From NCBI RefSeq assembly GCF_030684315.1, contig NC_081383.1, forward strand, positions 22,737,942 through 22,801,941: a stretch of DNA of 64,000 nucleotides. The letters run 5' to 3'. Below the pieces are notes generated by a model. That model was given only the letters and a program-made list of their open reading frames with translations, searched no databases and was not told the DNA's origin. Shown piece after piece: positions 38,363 through 50,811 of this stretch. Source of the DNA: Stegostoma tigrinum. Taxonomy: Eukaryota. A program made the translations under genes and the position numbers. Within the stretch, counting starts at the first letter, position 1, and each line of letters opens with the position of its first letter.

Positions 38363-41300
38363 GAATTACTGGGAGAGCCAATGTAAGTGAGCAGAGGGTC
38401 ACTCTTCCCATTTCATTTAAGGTGGCATTATAGGGCCAGCCTGCAAAAATCCTTGGTGCTGCTCTGACAATAGAGTGCAACAAAAGAGGCACTGCTATTC
38501 TGTACTCCTGGCCATGCCCCTATATCCAGGTCAGTTAATTCCTGTGCTCTAGCCAATGCCCAATTGATCCCTGTTATTGCTGCACACCTGGCTAATTGAT
38601 ATTGATTCAGCCTTGAGGAAGAACTTGGGTGAAGTACTACCAAAAAACCAGGTCTGCCTTAAAAAGCCTTTAGTTTCTGAATGAATTGCATCACCTGATG
38701 TTCAAAGCCATCAGCTTTGTCCAAATATAACGCAATTTTTTTGCCAAATGTTCAAACTATAATAATGCAAGATATGTCAAAGCACCTCTGTTGTAAAGAG
38801 GGCTGCATCATATGCATATTGCGTCACATTAAATGTAATGACATATCGTTGCTCTTGTTCCCAGGCAGGAGGCCAATGCTGCTTCACCAAGCTGGCTACA
38901 GAACAATCTAGGAAATGACATGAAACAGAACATTTGTCTGGCTTCAACAAGTTGAAGTTGACAATCAATGTGTCTATTGTGTTTGCTGTGCTTTCTCCTA
39001 AATCTGATTATATCTGAATTTCCTGCCACTTCAAACGAAACGCAAAGAGTAATCCTCTGCTCACTTACATTAGCACTCCCATTTTAATGGGGGTACTTTA
39101 TATTTTACATTGACCTCTCGTAGACCTACAGATGTTTTGTTGATAAATCATTCTGGCACTTATACCCCTGTTATAAGTCCAAATTAGTTTATAAGCAGGC
39201 CTGAAGAAGAGTCCTGATTTGATGAAAAACAGTTCCCTCCACCATATCAAATCATAAACCCTTCATTTAAATCTGGCCAGTGACTAAAATATTTTTAATC
39301 CCTAAATTTATAGTGCCTCCATTTATCTCCATTGATTGCTTAACTGAAAAAGTTGTAACAAGTGGCCTGCATGTAAGATTAGATTGAATGGTAGGATGTT
39401 TCCTTTTTTTTGTATGTACATTTGATTCATTCCTAACGCTTTGTACAAGAACCAGCAGAGTCAATAACACAGAACCATGTTAAACATTAATGCAAATACT
39501 GTGCACAGGTTTCTTAAATTACCTGATGCAAAATCTTTCTAATGCGTTGTGAAATAATCTATTCCTAAGGGTTACAATCCCCACAGAGATGGATAACTTT
39601 CTAAACGAAATGTGATCTTCCTGCTTAGAGCTGAAAGGAAAACTTGACAAAATTTCACTTTTTCAGACTTTTATTATGACAAGAAACCTGGGCGCAACAA
39701 ACTCCCAATTGTGTTGGCAACATACACTTTAAATCACCAACCAGAACTTCTCCCTTTTACCTTCAACACAATGAAATCTCACTCACTTCACAATTATACT
39801 GTCCCTCACATAGAATTCAATTCACCCCAAACCAGTACATAAGTTTTCTAGGCTCCCAAGATTTACATCTCTTCTTTTCTTTTCCCAACCTGGCAACTTT
39901 TAATCCCAGAACTGTCTTTCAGGGTGAGGATTTTTTCTTGAAGAATTATCCTCCTGTATGAGCTAGGCAAATCTACCAGACTCTGCTCAAATACTCCTAA
40001 ATTATATCGTTTCCATTTGAGTATGAACCACCTATGATACCCCATGGTGATCCATAGCAACTTCTGACCTCCAGTTAGTCCCTCTGTCCTGGATCCTGGT
40101 ACACTGCTTGTGGCTGGGAGCTTTCAGAGATATCTTAGGCCCTTCCCCGCTAAACTTCCACCTCCATGGTAAAAAGGAATCTCACGGTTTTTGTATCCAG
40201 CTAGAAAAACTGACAAATCACCGCCAAGACTACAAATTTCTTTTACCTTGTCAGTAAGTGGATTATTTAAAGTTGAACTATTTTTATCCTAAGAATTGCA
40301 ATATGTCCCAAGGACTTTAGAGACTAGCAGTATAACACCATTGCTGCTGCCATTCTTTCCAAGTGTGATACCTTACACCTTCTTTCCAACTAACAAACTG
40401 GGTTACCCTTAAATCTTTACCAATCACTTCACCCAAGCCTGTTGTTAGGCAGACTTCAGATCATATGACATTCTTCAGTTTATCTCAAGTTAAAGATGAA
40501 AACCCTACCAAAAAATTATAAAGAACACATGAATTCCACACTAAAGCTGCAACAGTGCTATTTCATTTCAAATGGAAAATTCATTAATACCTGCAATCTA
40601 TTCCTTGCAGGAATAAAAGATATTGAGCTTTAATCAATGCAAAATGCCATCTTCCAACATTAAAGAGGCTGGGTTGTTCATTAGAACTTGTTTTCCAGAA
40701 TGCATTTCTGCACAGAGCACAGACAAATATTTATAGCTGACAATAAACTCCCCTCAAAAATGAAATTCTGTGAAGCATTTTGAAATGCACCAGAATAAAT
40801 ATACAGACTGGAATTAAACACCACAAGCTAACTGAAACATTTATCTAAGTTTTAGCATTTCATTTCCAGTCTTTAATATTAATATAACTGCACACCTTGC
40901 TTAATTTAATTTGCTTTTAGAAGTTATTAAGCTTGAAACTAGTCACATGTTATAGGTTTGATTCAGAAAGTGCTTTAAGACAAATTTTGGCTGACTGTGT
41001 GGTAATAATATTACCTGGTGGAAACAGAGAAGCAATTTTGTTTATTAAAAAAGGTGCAAAGAAGTACAACAGCACAAAGACAATTCTAGCTGCTGAGTCA
41101 GGATATTGCCCATTCCTTAGGAGAGTAGGGGAGACAAAACTGAATGATTTACAATCATACAGGGCAATCAAAGAATAAGCTAAAGAAACTTGAGAAAGTT
41201 ACAAAGGAGGCAAGTGACCTAACACATAGGAGCTCATATACAATACATTTTGGACTATCTTTCAGCACTGTTCCATCATATGGAAAATATAAAGCTACCA

Positions 41301-42164
41301 CAGTTCCAGACAGTTTCTCCTACTCTGAATTCAGAACTATGGACCAGCTCTAATCATCTGAGCACCAGAAAGCCTTTTCTATACACTGGCTGTCTCACAC
41401 AGACCATGAAAAAAAAATGACAAAGCCAATCAATAATTTTTTTAAATAGAATACAGTGTCCTTGCAATCTGCAAAGTGCTGGAGAGTTCAATCAACAGTA
41501 TTGGTTTCTTCTATTGATCAGGAGGGTTCTCTGTATTCCAATTAACATTTACATAGAAGATCAAGACAAAAATGGAGGACTTTCTAAGATATATCCTTGA
41601 CAGAAATTTATTAGGAATTCTGTCCTTTCACATTGGGCAGAAAATATTCGGAGGAGGGGCCTAAATTAGTACATGTGTGAAACATTCTCCTATAAGTAGT
41701 GCAGTTAGGGCATCTGACGAACTCATAGGAGAAACAGAAGGAAAATATTTCTCTAACTTTGGGAGCACATTGAACTTAAGACTTACAGACCGGACTTCCC
41801 AGGGCTTGGGAAATTCGGCAATGGAAGCCAGCTGCAGCTGGTAAATGCTTTGTGAATTTTATTAGGTCTGGAGGAGCAGGAATGGTTCCACCAGCCACAC
41901 AAGGAAATATTCCTCTGCAAACCACCTCCGTTACATCATCTAATGACTGTTTCCCATCATGGCCAGTCTTTCCCACTCTCCTTCCTTAATGTCATGCTCT
42001 GAGAGCACTAACAACTCCCAGTTGTTCCCATTGCTGGAATAAAACCCCAGCAATCCCCAGCTGTGGTCCTCTACTGCTGGTTTTCCCATGGACATGTTGG
42101 CAAACAGCATCACATTGAACATAGCTGTCTGCCCTATGCAATTTGCAACCAAACCTCTGCAAGT

Positions 42165-45100
42165 CCACTACGTACAGAACCTACTGAGATTGAATAAAGA
42201 CATTTGGATGAGGGGACCGAATATATGGTAGCTAAACTGGCCAATGACAACAATGAAAGTAAGTTGTCAAAGGAGATAGAGTCTGCCAAGGGATAAACAG
42301 TCTAAATGAAAGGGCAAACATGGGTGAACTTGCCATTTTGGCAGGAAGAATAGAAAAGCAGTGTACAGTTTAAATGGAGAGGAATTGCAGGAGTCACTGG
42401 TCCTGAGAAATTCGAGAGATCATGATACACGATTCAGAAGAGGTTAAAATGTGGGTACAGCAAGTGATTAGGAAGGTAAGTGAAATGTCATCATTTATCA
42501 CAATGGGAATGGAATAAAAAGTAAGGAAATTTTGGGACAGGACACTGATGAAACCAGATCTGAAGTATTGAATTCAGTTTTGGCGTCCTTATTCAAAAGA
42601 AAATATAATTGCTTTAGAAGCAGTACACAGAAGCTTTACTCAATTCATTTCTGGGATAGAAGGCTTAAATCTCCGAGAAAGAAAAATAAAAGGTAATGTT
42701 ATGAAACTTCAAGAAAATTGGATAGGGCGGATGCCCGCAAAATGTTTTTGTTCATGGGCATGATTAAAGCAAGGGAACATAGGGCCATACAGCATGGAAA
42801 CAGACTCTTCAGTCTAACCAGTCCATGCCGAACATAATCCCAGGCAAAACTCATCCCACCTGCCTGTTCCTGGCCCATATCACTCCAAACCTTTCCTGTT
42901 CATAAATCCATCCAAATGTCTTTTAAACATTGTGATTGTACCCACATCCACCACTTAATCAGGAAATTCATTCCACATGCGAACCATCCTCTGTGTGTAA
43001 AAAAAAATTGTCTCATGTCTTTTTTAAATCTCCCTCCTCTCATCTTAAAAATGTGTCCCCTAGCTTTGAAATTCTCCGTCTCAGGGAAAAGCCAACTATC
43101 ATCAATTCTATCTATACCTGTCATCATTTTATAAACTTCCATCAGGTCACTTCTCAACCTCCTACACTCCAGTGAAAAAAAATCACCCATGTTTTCCAGC
43201 CTTACCTTATAACTCGAACCTTCCATGCCCAGCAAAATGCTGGTATACCTCTTCTGAACTCTCTCCAGCATGACAATATCCTTTCTATAATTGTGCAACC
43301 AGAACTGGACATATTATTTCATAAGAAGCATCACCAGTGCCCTGTACAACCTCAACATAACATTCCAACTCCTATACTCAAAGGATAGAGCAATGAAGGC
43401 AAGTATGCTAAATGCCTTTTTAACCATCTTGTCTATATGCGACAAAACTTTAAAGGATTATGTACCTTCACCCATAGGTCCCTCTGTTCTACAATACTAC
43501 CCAAGGCCCTACCCTTGTTCGTTATACCAAAATGCAATACCTCACATTTATCTAGATTGAACTCATTCTGTATTTTTCATCCCATTGACCCATTTGATCA
43601 AGGTCCTTTGTAACCTTAGAAATACTTCTTCACTGTCTACATGCCACCAATTTTGTTGTCATCCGCATACTTACTAACTATGCTTCCTATATTCTCATCC
43701 AAATCATTTATGTAAATGGAAAACAGAAGACGGCCCAGAACCAATCCCTGTGGAATACCACTAATCACAGGCCTCCAGTCCAAAAAGCAACCCTTCACCA
43801 ATACTCTCCATCTCCTGCTATTAAGCCAATTATGTATCCAATTGGCAAGCTCACCCTGAATCCCATGTGACTTAATTTTATTAATTAGTCTACCATATGG
43901 AACCTTGTCAAATGTTTTACTAAAATACAAATAAACAACGTCAACTGTGCTGCCATCATCAATCTTTTTGGTAACTTCCTCAAAAAACTCAGTTTGTGAG
44001 GCATGATTTTCCTTGCACAAGTCCATGCTGACTATCGTCTAACAATTTACCCACAACCAAAGTCAGACTCACGGGTCTATAGTTCCCCGTTTTCTCCTTA
44101 CAAACTTTCTTAAACAAAGGTACAACATTAAACACCCTCCAGTCATCAGTCACCTCACCCATAGTTATAGATGATGCAAATATTTCTGCAAGGCATCTCG
44201 CAATTTCCTCCCTTACTTCCCGCAACATTCTAGGATACATTGGTTCAGGTCTTGGAGATTTATCCACCTTTATATTTCCTAAGGCCTCCCAAACTGTTTT
44301 TGAAACATCGAAGTTTATTTCTCTGCCTTCTCTAGACTCCATTTCTTTCTCTACAGTAAAAACTAACACGAAATATTCACTTAGTATCTATCCCATCTCC
44401 TGGAGAACAACACAAAGACGATCTCCTTGATCTTTAAGAGGCCCCACCTTCTCTGTGATTACCCTCTTGTTCTTAATGTATTTGTAAAATCTCTTTGGAC
44501 TATCCTTAACCTTATCTGCCAATGCTACCTCATATCCCCTCTTTGCCTTCCTGATTTCCCTCTTAAGAATGCCACTATACTCATTATATTTGTTAACAGA
44601 TTTGATTGAACCAAGTTGTCCATATAAAAAAAATTCTTTTATTTTTGACTGGAACCTCAAAATCTTTATTCATCCATTGTTCCTTAATCTTACCAACCTT
44701 ATCCTTCACTCTAACAGGTACACACTGCCTCTAAACTCTGGTCATCACTGCCTCAAATGCCTCCCAATTGTCAGATATCCTTTTACCTGTGAACAGTCTA
44801 CTCCAATCAACTTGCAAAAGTTCTCGTCTCACACCAATAAAATTTGCCTTACTCCAATTAAAAACCTTAACTTTTATGGAAGGCTTATCCTTTTCTAATA
44901 GTTTATAATTAATAGGTCTACCTTTAAAGACAGAAATGAAGAGAATATTTTTCTTTGAAGATCATAAAGTGTGAAAATGTCTTCCCCAGAAGGTACAGGA
45001 GACTGGATTGGTAAATTTATTCAAGACTGATTTAGACAGATTTTTGAGAGGAAGAGAGTGAAGGATTATGGGGGTACAGACAGAAAACTGGAGCTGAAAC

Positions 45101-45175
45101 CACAAACAGTTACAATCTTATTGAATGGTGGAGTTGGCTCAGAAGCCAAATTAGCCTACTCCAGCACTAATCATA
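42165..45175 (+). mobile_element. Old CR1 LINE split by a younger CR1 (host parts about 42165-42780 and 44898-45175)
   Basis: RT C-terminal remnants before 42780 end at aagcaagggaacatag and resume at atagtttataatt...acagaaatgaagaga...gaatggtggag tail. Confidence 0.7.
42778..44897 (-). mobile_element. CR1/HER1 LINE, ~2.1 kb 3' portion, RT pseudogene
   Basis: ORFs 44388-44660, 43989-44369 (GNYRPVSLT), 43637-44026 (FDKVPYGRL, SGIPQGLVLG, SKYADD), 42900-43298 (LERVQKRYT); tail at 42778. Confidence 0.95.
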
Positions 45176-45564
45176 TGCAACAAGTGTTTGTAGCAAATCC
45201 ATGATTGTGTTGGGGTTAAAATTCTGTAGTACTGAGGTATGTGTGCAAACAAGCTTGCTCCACCCTCACATCTTTCCATAAAGTGATAACTTATGCTAAA
45301 GCATGATTCGGCAGGCCCTGGAAACAGGAGTTTTGCAATATTCAATTTAAAAAGTAAAGTAAAATGCAAAGTTCAAAAATCACTCATTGACACCACAAAC
45401 ACTGGACATAATTAAAGCACCCATAACCACTGGGCTGGTGAAAGAAAAATCTGATTTTACTTCTGATTTCACTGTAGTCAGGTTATAATCTCTCCATGAT
45501 GAATGATTGCAAATAACTTACTGTTACACTGATAGATAAACTCTGATTGATACAAAACAGAAAA

Positions 45565-45650
45565 AGGGGAATCTGAAATACAAAAGTGTTAAAAATATTC
45601 AGCAGGTCAGGCTGCATCTTTGAAGAGACAACAGTTCATGTTGTTGATGT
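45565..45650 (-). mobile_element. Decayed family-2 PLE-like terminus
   Basis: ggaatctgaaatacaaaa...ttcagcaggtcaggctgcatct resembles 32308-32358 and 53386-53450. Confidence 0.5.
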
Positions 45651-45764
45651 TTCATTGGAACGCAAATATTGTTTACAACATATTTTTTGTCATCAATTAC
45701 AAATTTTGTAAAGAAGAAAAGCAAATTAAAACTTTTAATTTTGATTTTGAAACATACTTCCAAT

Positions 45765-46047
45765 GAATTTTCCAGTGTTACAATTTCATCACCCGTGGCT
45801 TCCCAGCAGCAGGTAGGGATATAGATTGTTTGTCTGCTGAACAATGAGGCAAGCCAACATTCATATTTAACTCTTGACAGGGCTAGTATCATTGGAGCCC
45901 ACTCATCATCCTTCATTAGCTTGGAGAGGACCGATTAGGAAGCCACCTTCCGGAAATTTCCTGTGTCAGCCTCATTGCTGGCAAGTTTTGATTTGGGACC
46001 TCCAAATAGTGCTTGTCATTGCAGTCATGAAACACTTGGGAAAATTC
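45765..46047. mobile_element. Possible MITE / non-autonomous DNA transposon
   Basis: Imperfect terminal inverted repeat gaattttccagtgtt ... aacacttgggaaaattc; no TSD identified. Confidence 0.35.
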
Positions 46048-46112
46048 TCCCAAAGAGTCTAAAATACACTGCATCACAAAGCAAAGATTGACCAAAGGAA
46101 CTCCATCTTACA

Positions 46113-48777
46113 GGGGAGGCAATGGACTAGTGGTATTATCGCTAGATCATTAATCCAGAAACTCAACTAATGTTTGGGAATCCAGGTTCAAATCCTGTCA
46201 TGGCAGATGGCAGAACATGAATTCAATAAAAAAGTCTACTGATGACCATGAAATCATTCTTAATCATTGGAAAACCATATCTGGTTTACTGATGTCCTTC
46301 AGGGAAGGAAATCTGTCATCCTCATCTATTTGGGTGTACACGCGGCTCCAGATCCACAATGGTTAACTCTTAACTGCCCTCTGAAATGACCCAGCAAGCC
46401 ACTCAGTAGCATCAATCTGACTTCTGACCCATGGCTTCAGATTAAAAATGGAAAGAAAACCTCTTGCTGGTTATCACATTTTGTCCTCCCTCAGCTGATG
46501 AATCAGTACTGCTCCAATTTGAATAATACTTGGATGAAGCACTGAGGATGGCAGTGGTGCAAAATGTACTCTGGGTGGGGGATTTCATTGTCCACTACCA
46601 AGAGTGGCTCAGCAGCAACACTACTGATGGAGCTGGTCGGGTTCTAAAGGATACAGCCGCTATACTGGATCTACGGCAGGTGGCGAGGCAACCACAAGAG
46701 GGAAAAACACAGTTGAATTTGTCCCTACCAATCTGCCGGCTGCAGATGTATCTGCCCATGACAATATTGGTGAGAGTGACTACCACACAATCCTTGTGGA
46801 GACAAAGTCCTGTCTTCACTTTGAGAATGCCATCCATTGTGTTGTGTGGCACTACCAGTATGCTAAATGAGTAGACTTTGAAAAGATCTAGCAACTCAGG
46901 ACTAGGCATCTCATGGCCAGTCATTTCCCTTGCTCAATCATTACAATCAACCCAGGGTATCACCCCTGGCTCAACAGAGAGTGCAAGAAGGCATATCAGG
47001 AGCAGCACAAGGCATATCTAAAAATGAGGAGTCAACCTGGTGAAGCTATCAAAAAGGAATACCTGTATTCCAAATAGTATTGACAGCAGGTCAGAGACAG
47101 AGCTAAACAATTCAGTTACCAACGGATCAGATCTAAGCTCTGCAGTCCTGCCACATTCAGTCGTGAATGGCGGTGGACAATTAAGCAACTCATTAGAGGA
47201 GGAGGTGGTTCCACAAATGTCTCCATCCTCAATAATGAAACAGCCGAATACATCAGAGCAAAAGATAAGACAGAAGCATTCGCAGCAATCCTCAGCCAAA
47301 AGTGTCAAGTGGATGATCCATCTCAACCCTCTGCAGTCTTCCCCAGCATCACACAATATCATTGTCAACCAATCTGATTCACTCCACGTGACACCAATAA
47401 ATGGTTTGAAGCATTGGATACTGCAAAAGGTATGGGTCCTGACAACATTCCCACAATAGTACTGAAGACCTGCTGAAGAACTTGCTGCTCCCTTAGTCAA
47501 TCTCTTCCTGTACAGTTACTACACTGGCATCAATCCAAAATTGTGGACAATTGCCCAGGTTTACCTGTGCACAAAATGCAGGACAAATGCAACCTATCCA
47601 ATTACCACCCCATCATTCTACTCTCAATCATCAAAGTACTAGAAGATGCCATCAATCACATTGCTGAGCAGATGCTATCAATCAGCACCTGCTCAGCATA
47701 AACCTGCTCAGTAACGCCCAGTTTAGATTCTGCCAGGGCCACTCAGCTCCTGACCTCACCGCAGCCTTGGTTCAAACATGGACAAAACAGCTGAATTTCA
47801 GAGTGAGATAACAGCGACAGCCGTAGAGTCATATAGTACAGGAAACACATCCATTGGTCCAACCAGTCCATGCCAAACATAATCCCAAACTAAACTAGTA
47901 GCACTTGGCCATTATCCCTCCAGAGATTTCTAATTCATGTGCTTATCTAAAAGTCTTTTAAATGTTGTAACTGCACTTGGATCTACCACATCCTCTGGAA
48001 GTTCATTTCACACATGAATGAACATGCATTTGTGTAAAAAAATTGCCCCTCGTGTCTTTTTTAAATCTTTCTCCTCTCACTTTAAAAAAAATGCCCCCTT
48101 GTCTCGAAATCCCCCACCTTTGGAAAACCTGCCGTTCACCTTATCTGTACCCTTAACCATTTCATAAGCCTCTAGAAGGTCAGCTCTCAACCTCCTACGC
48201 TCCAGTGAAAAACAAAGCCCTTGATATCAAGGCCACACTCAACCGACTATGGCATCAAACAGCTCTGGCATAACTGGAATCAATGGGTATCATGGGGTGA
48301 ACCCTGCTGGTTGGAGTCACACCTAGCACATAGGAAGATGGTTGTGATTGTTGGAGGTCAGTCATCTTAGTTCACAACATCTGTGCAAGAGTTCCTCAGG
48401 GTAGTGTCTTAGGACCAAACATCTCCAGCTGCTTCATCAATGACCTTCCCTCCATTATAAGGTCAGACATGGGGATGTTCGCTGATGACTGCACAGTATT
48501 CAACACCATTCCCAACAACTCAGATACAAAAGCAGTTCATATTCAAATGCATCAAGATATGGACAATATCCACATTTGGGCTGACAAGTGAGAATTAACA
48601 TGCAAGCTACACCAATGCCAGGCAATGACCATCTCCAATAAGAGGCAATCTAACCACAACCCTTGACATTCAATGGTGTTACCATCGCTGAATCCCCAAC
48701 AAGCAAAATTCTTGGGGTTACCATTGACCAGAAACAAATCAACTCGCCGCGCAAACACAGTGGCCACAAGAGCAGGT
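46113..48777 (+). mobile_element. CR1/L2-group LINE ORF2 (AP endonuclease + RT) preceded by a tRNA-derived SINE-like head; 3'-truncated
   Basis: A box tggactagtgg 46123-46133, B box ggttcaaatcc 46185-46195; APE motif NVLWVGDFIVHYQEWL; RT VPQGSVLGP...FINDLPSIIRSDMGMFADD at about 48390-48490; ends at NTVATRAG. Confidence 0.88.
47825..48212 (-). mobile_element. CR1/HER1 3' fragment inserted into the 46113 LINE
   Basis: Closely similar to 42778-43180; host RT reads through acagcc...aaagcccttgatatcaaggcc (ALDIKA). Confidence 0.88.
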
Positions 48778-50716
48778 GAACGCAGGGCTGTGAACCAAAC
48801 TTATTCTATAACAGAACAAGGATTTGCAATAAAGGCATGCTTGGGGACTACTGTTTTTATTGGTGCATGTTACATTTTTTAACCAAATATTGGACAATGA
48901 CTATAAACTTCTTCTGTACTTTTCAACTGAAATCATGCACTTCCTTCACAACATCTTTGCTCTGGCAATGTAGCTGAAAGAAAATGTTGCTTTGTTTTGC
49001 AAGTGCATTGAAACTTCACCCACTATACTCTAAGGGTAAATCAGTGTTACATCACCTGGCTTAAACCCAGTGCTTTGTGGCAATTAGCCAGCTCCCACAT
49101 ACCCTACCAAAACAGCACACTAATGAAAAAATGGTCATTGGATAAAGCAGTTTATGTTACACTGCATTTCTACACCAATGGTTGTCTTGTTTCAGAAACA
49201 GCAACCCTGTTTGAATAGATTACCAAACAATTAAGTATCTGCTTTACACACGTGCCCTTTGCATAACTTCACTGCCTCTGACAGTTCAAACCACTTCATG
49301 CAATCTTTTTCATCTTCATGAAGTTTGCTTGAAAAAATGAAACCATGCCAGGCATATACAATATTCTGATGTTTACAGATTCACTTTAAATGCTCCAAAA
49401 TTATTGTTCATGCAGTAATTTAAAAATGGTGTGTGTGCTTCATAGTATGCACAACATACTAAATTCACTAAATTATTTCCTAATATCTTAAATCATGTAG
49501 AAAATTAAAAGAAAACTGTGTGCATGGGAGGTCTAGCCTTGTTTAAACTTAATTGAATAAATCAGAAAACTCCAGATTTTTATAGCAAGAGCAGCAGCTA
49601 ACGCAGTCTCCTATCATGCTTTCATAAAGAAACAAGGAATAACTGAAGGGCGCTTAAGCCCTATTTTTCAGCACATTTCAAAGTGCTTTCCTTTACTTAT
49701 TCTCTTCGAGATTTTTTTCAATACACTAAAAATAGATATTGTGTGTAAATCAAAGCATTGCAGATATAAAACAAATCAGCCTCACTCCTACAAAAAGGCC
49801 AGTTGAAAATTATAATTATGCTGACATTTGTAATTCTTACAACACATAATTGCAGTGGTTTCAGCAAAACTGCAGCGCTTTAATTTCTCATCACTAATAT
49901 TTCTTCAGTTCATATACACACCCTGACACTTTTCAATGATAAAGGCCTCTTCTAAATGTTATCTACAACTGCACAACTTTTTTTCACAGTTTTATATCCT
50001 ACATAATTTTGGCATAATTTGAAACAAATCTATTACTGAGGCACCTCCACAAGATGTCCATTTACAATTCACTTTGTGGTCTTCTTTGACAACAACTGGC
50101 CTACTTTTACATCACCTTTGCCTGCACTTCTCTTTAATTTGTAATAATTCTCTGATGAGCAACATGATTGAACAGCTCTGGAACTTCAATTAAACACACT
50201 GCATCACCATGCCCACAGCATGTTCGCAGAGTTTGTGAAGGTTTCAAGCATGATATATCACTGCTAAATCCATGGCAAGTATCTTATCCATTTAATCACC
50301 TTGAATTGTGGGGAAAACAGAGGCTTGGATGTGCTGCAAATTCTATGTAATTCATACCAACATCTCCATAATTGTTTTTAATGCTTTTCTGTGCTCAGGT
50401 GGCAAGATAGTAATTTAAATGGACAATCAGATGTCTCTTATTTCTCTGACACAACCTTGTCAAAACACATTGCTTCATTTTTGTCAGTCATTTATTTGTG
50501 GAAGATTACAGAAAAGCTTTCACTAATATTCATGCCTGATGTTCCTTTTCAAGAGGCCTCATTTGAAATGCTGCACACTTCTAATCTTTCCCAATGTCTT
50601 ATCGCACATTTCCATTGCACTTCACCTAATTAACAGTTAATATTAACATTCTGAAAACTATTCAGCAACATTGTAGAAATGTAACATGGCCTAATCTGAC
50701 TGACTTGCATGTAAGG

Positions 50717-50811
50717 GATAACACAGCGTGGAGCTGGAGGAGAACAGCAGGCCATGAGGCATCAGAGGAGCAGGAAAGTTGATGTTTCGGGTTGGGACCC
50801 TTCTTCAGAAA
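50717..50811 (-). mobile_element. Solo PLE terminal repeat (family 1 variant) with hammerhead-like core
   Basis: Minus strand CUGAAGA-A-GGGU(CCCA)ACCC-GAAA-CAUC (50781-50808); flanking repeat tgcatgtaa (50706-50714, 50812-50820). Confidence 0.8.

Noticed and set aside
7851-50811. Recurrent palindromic repeats as a CRISPR-like array or tRNA genes
   Set aside because: Dispersed, TSD-flanked and tied to a PLE, with no repeat-spacer periodicity; all A/B boxes seen belong to SINE heads, not full tRNAs
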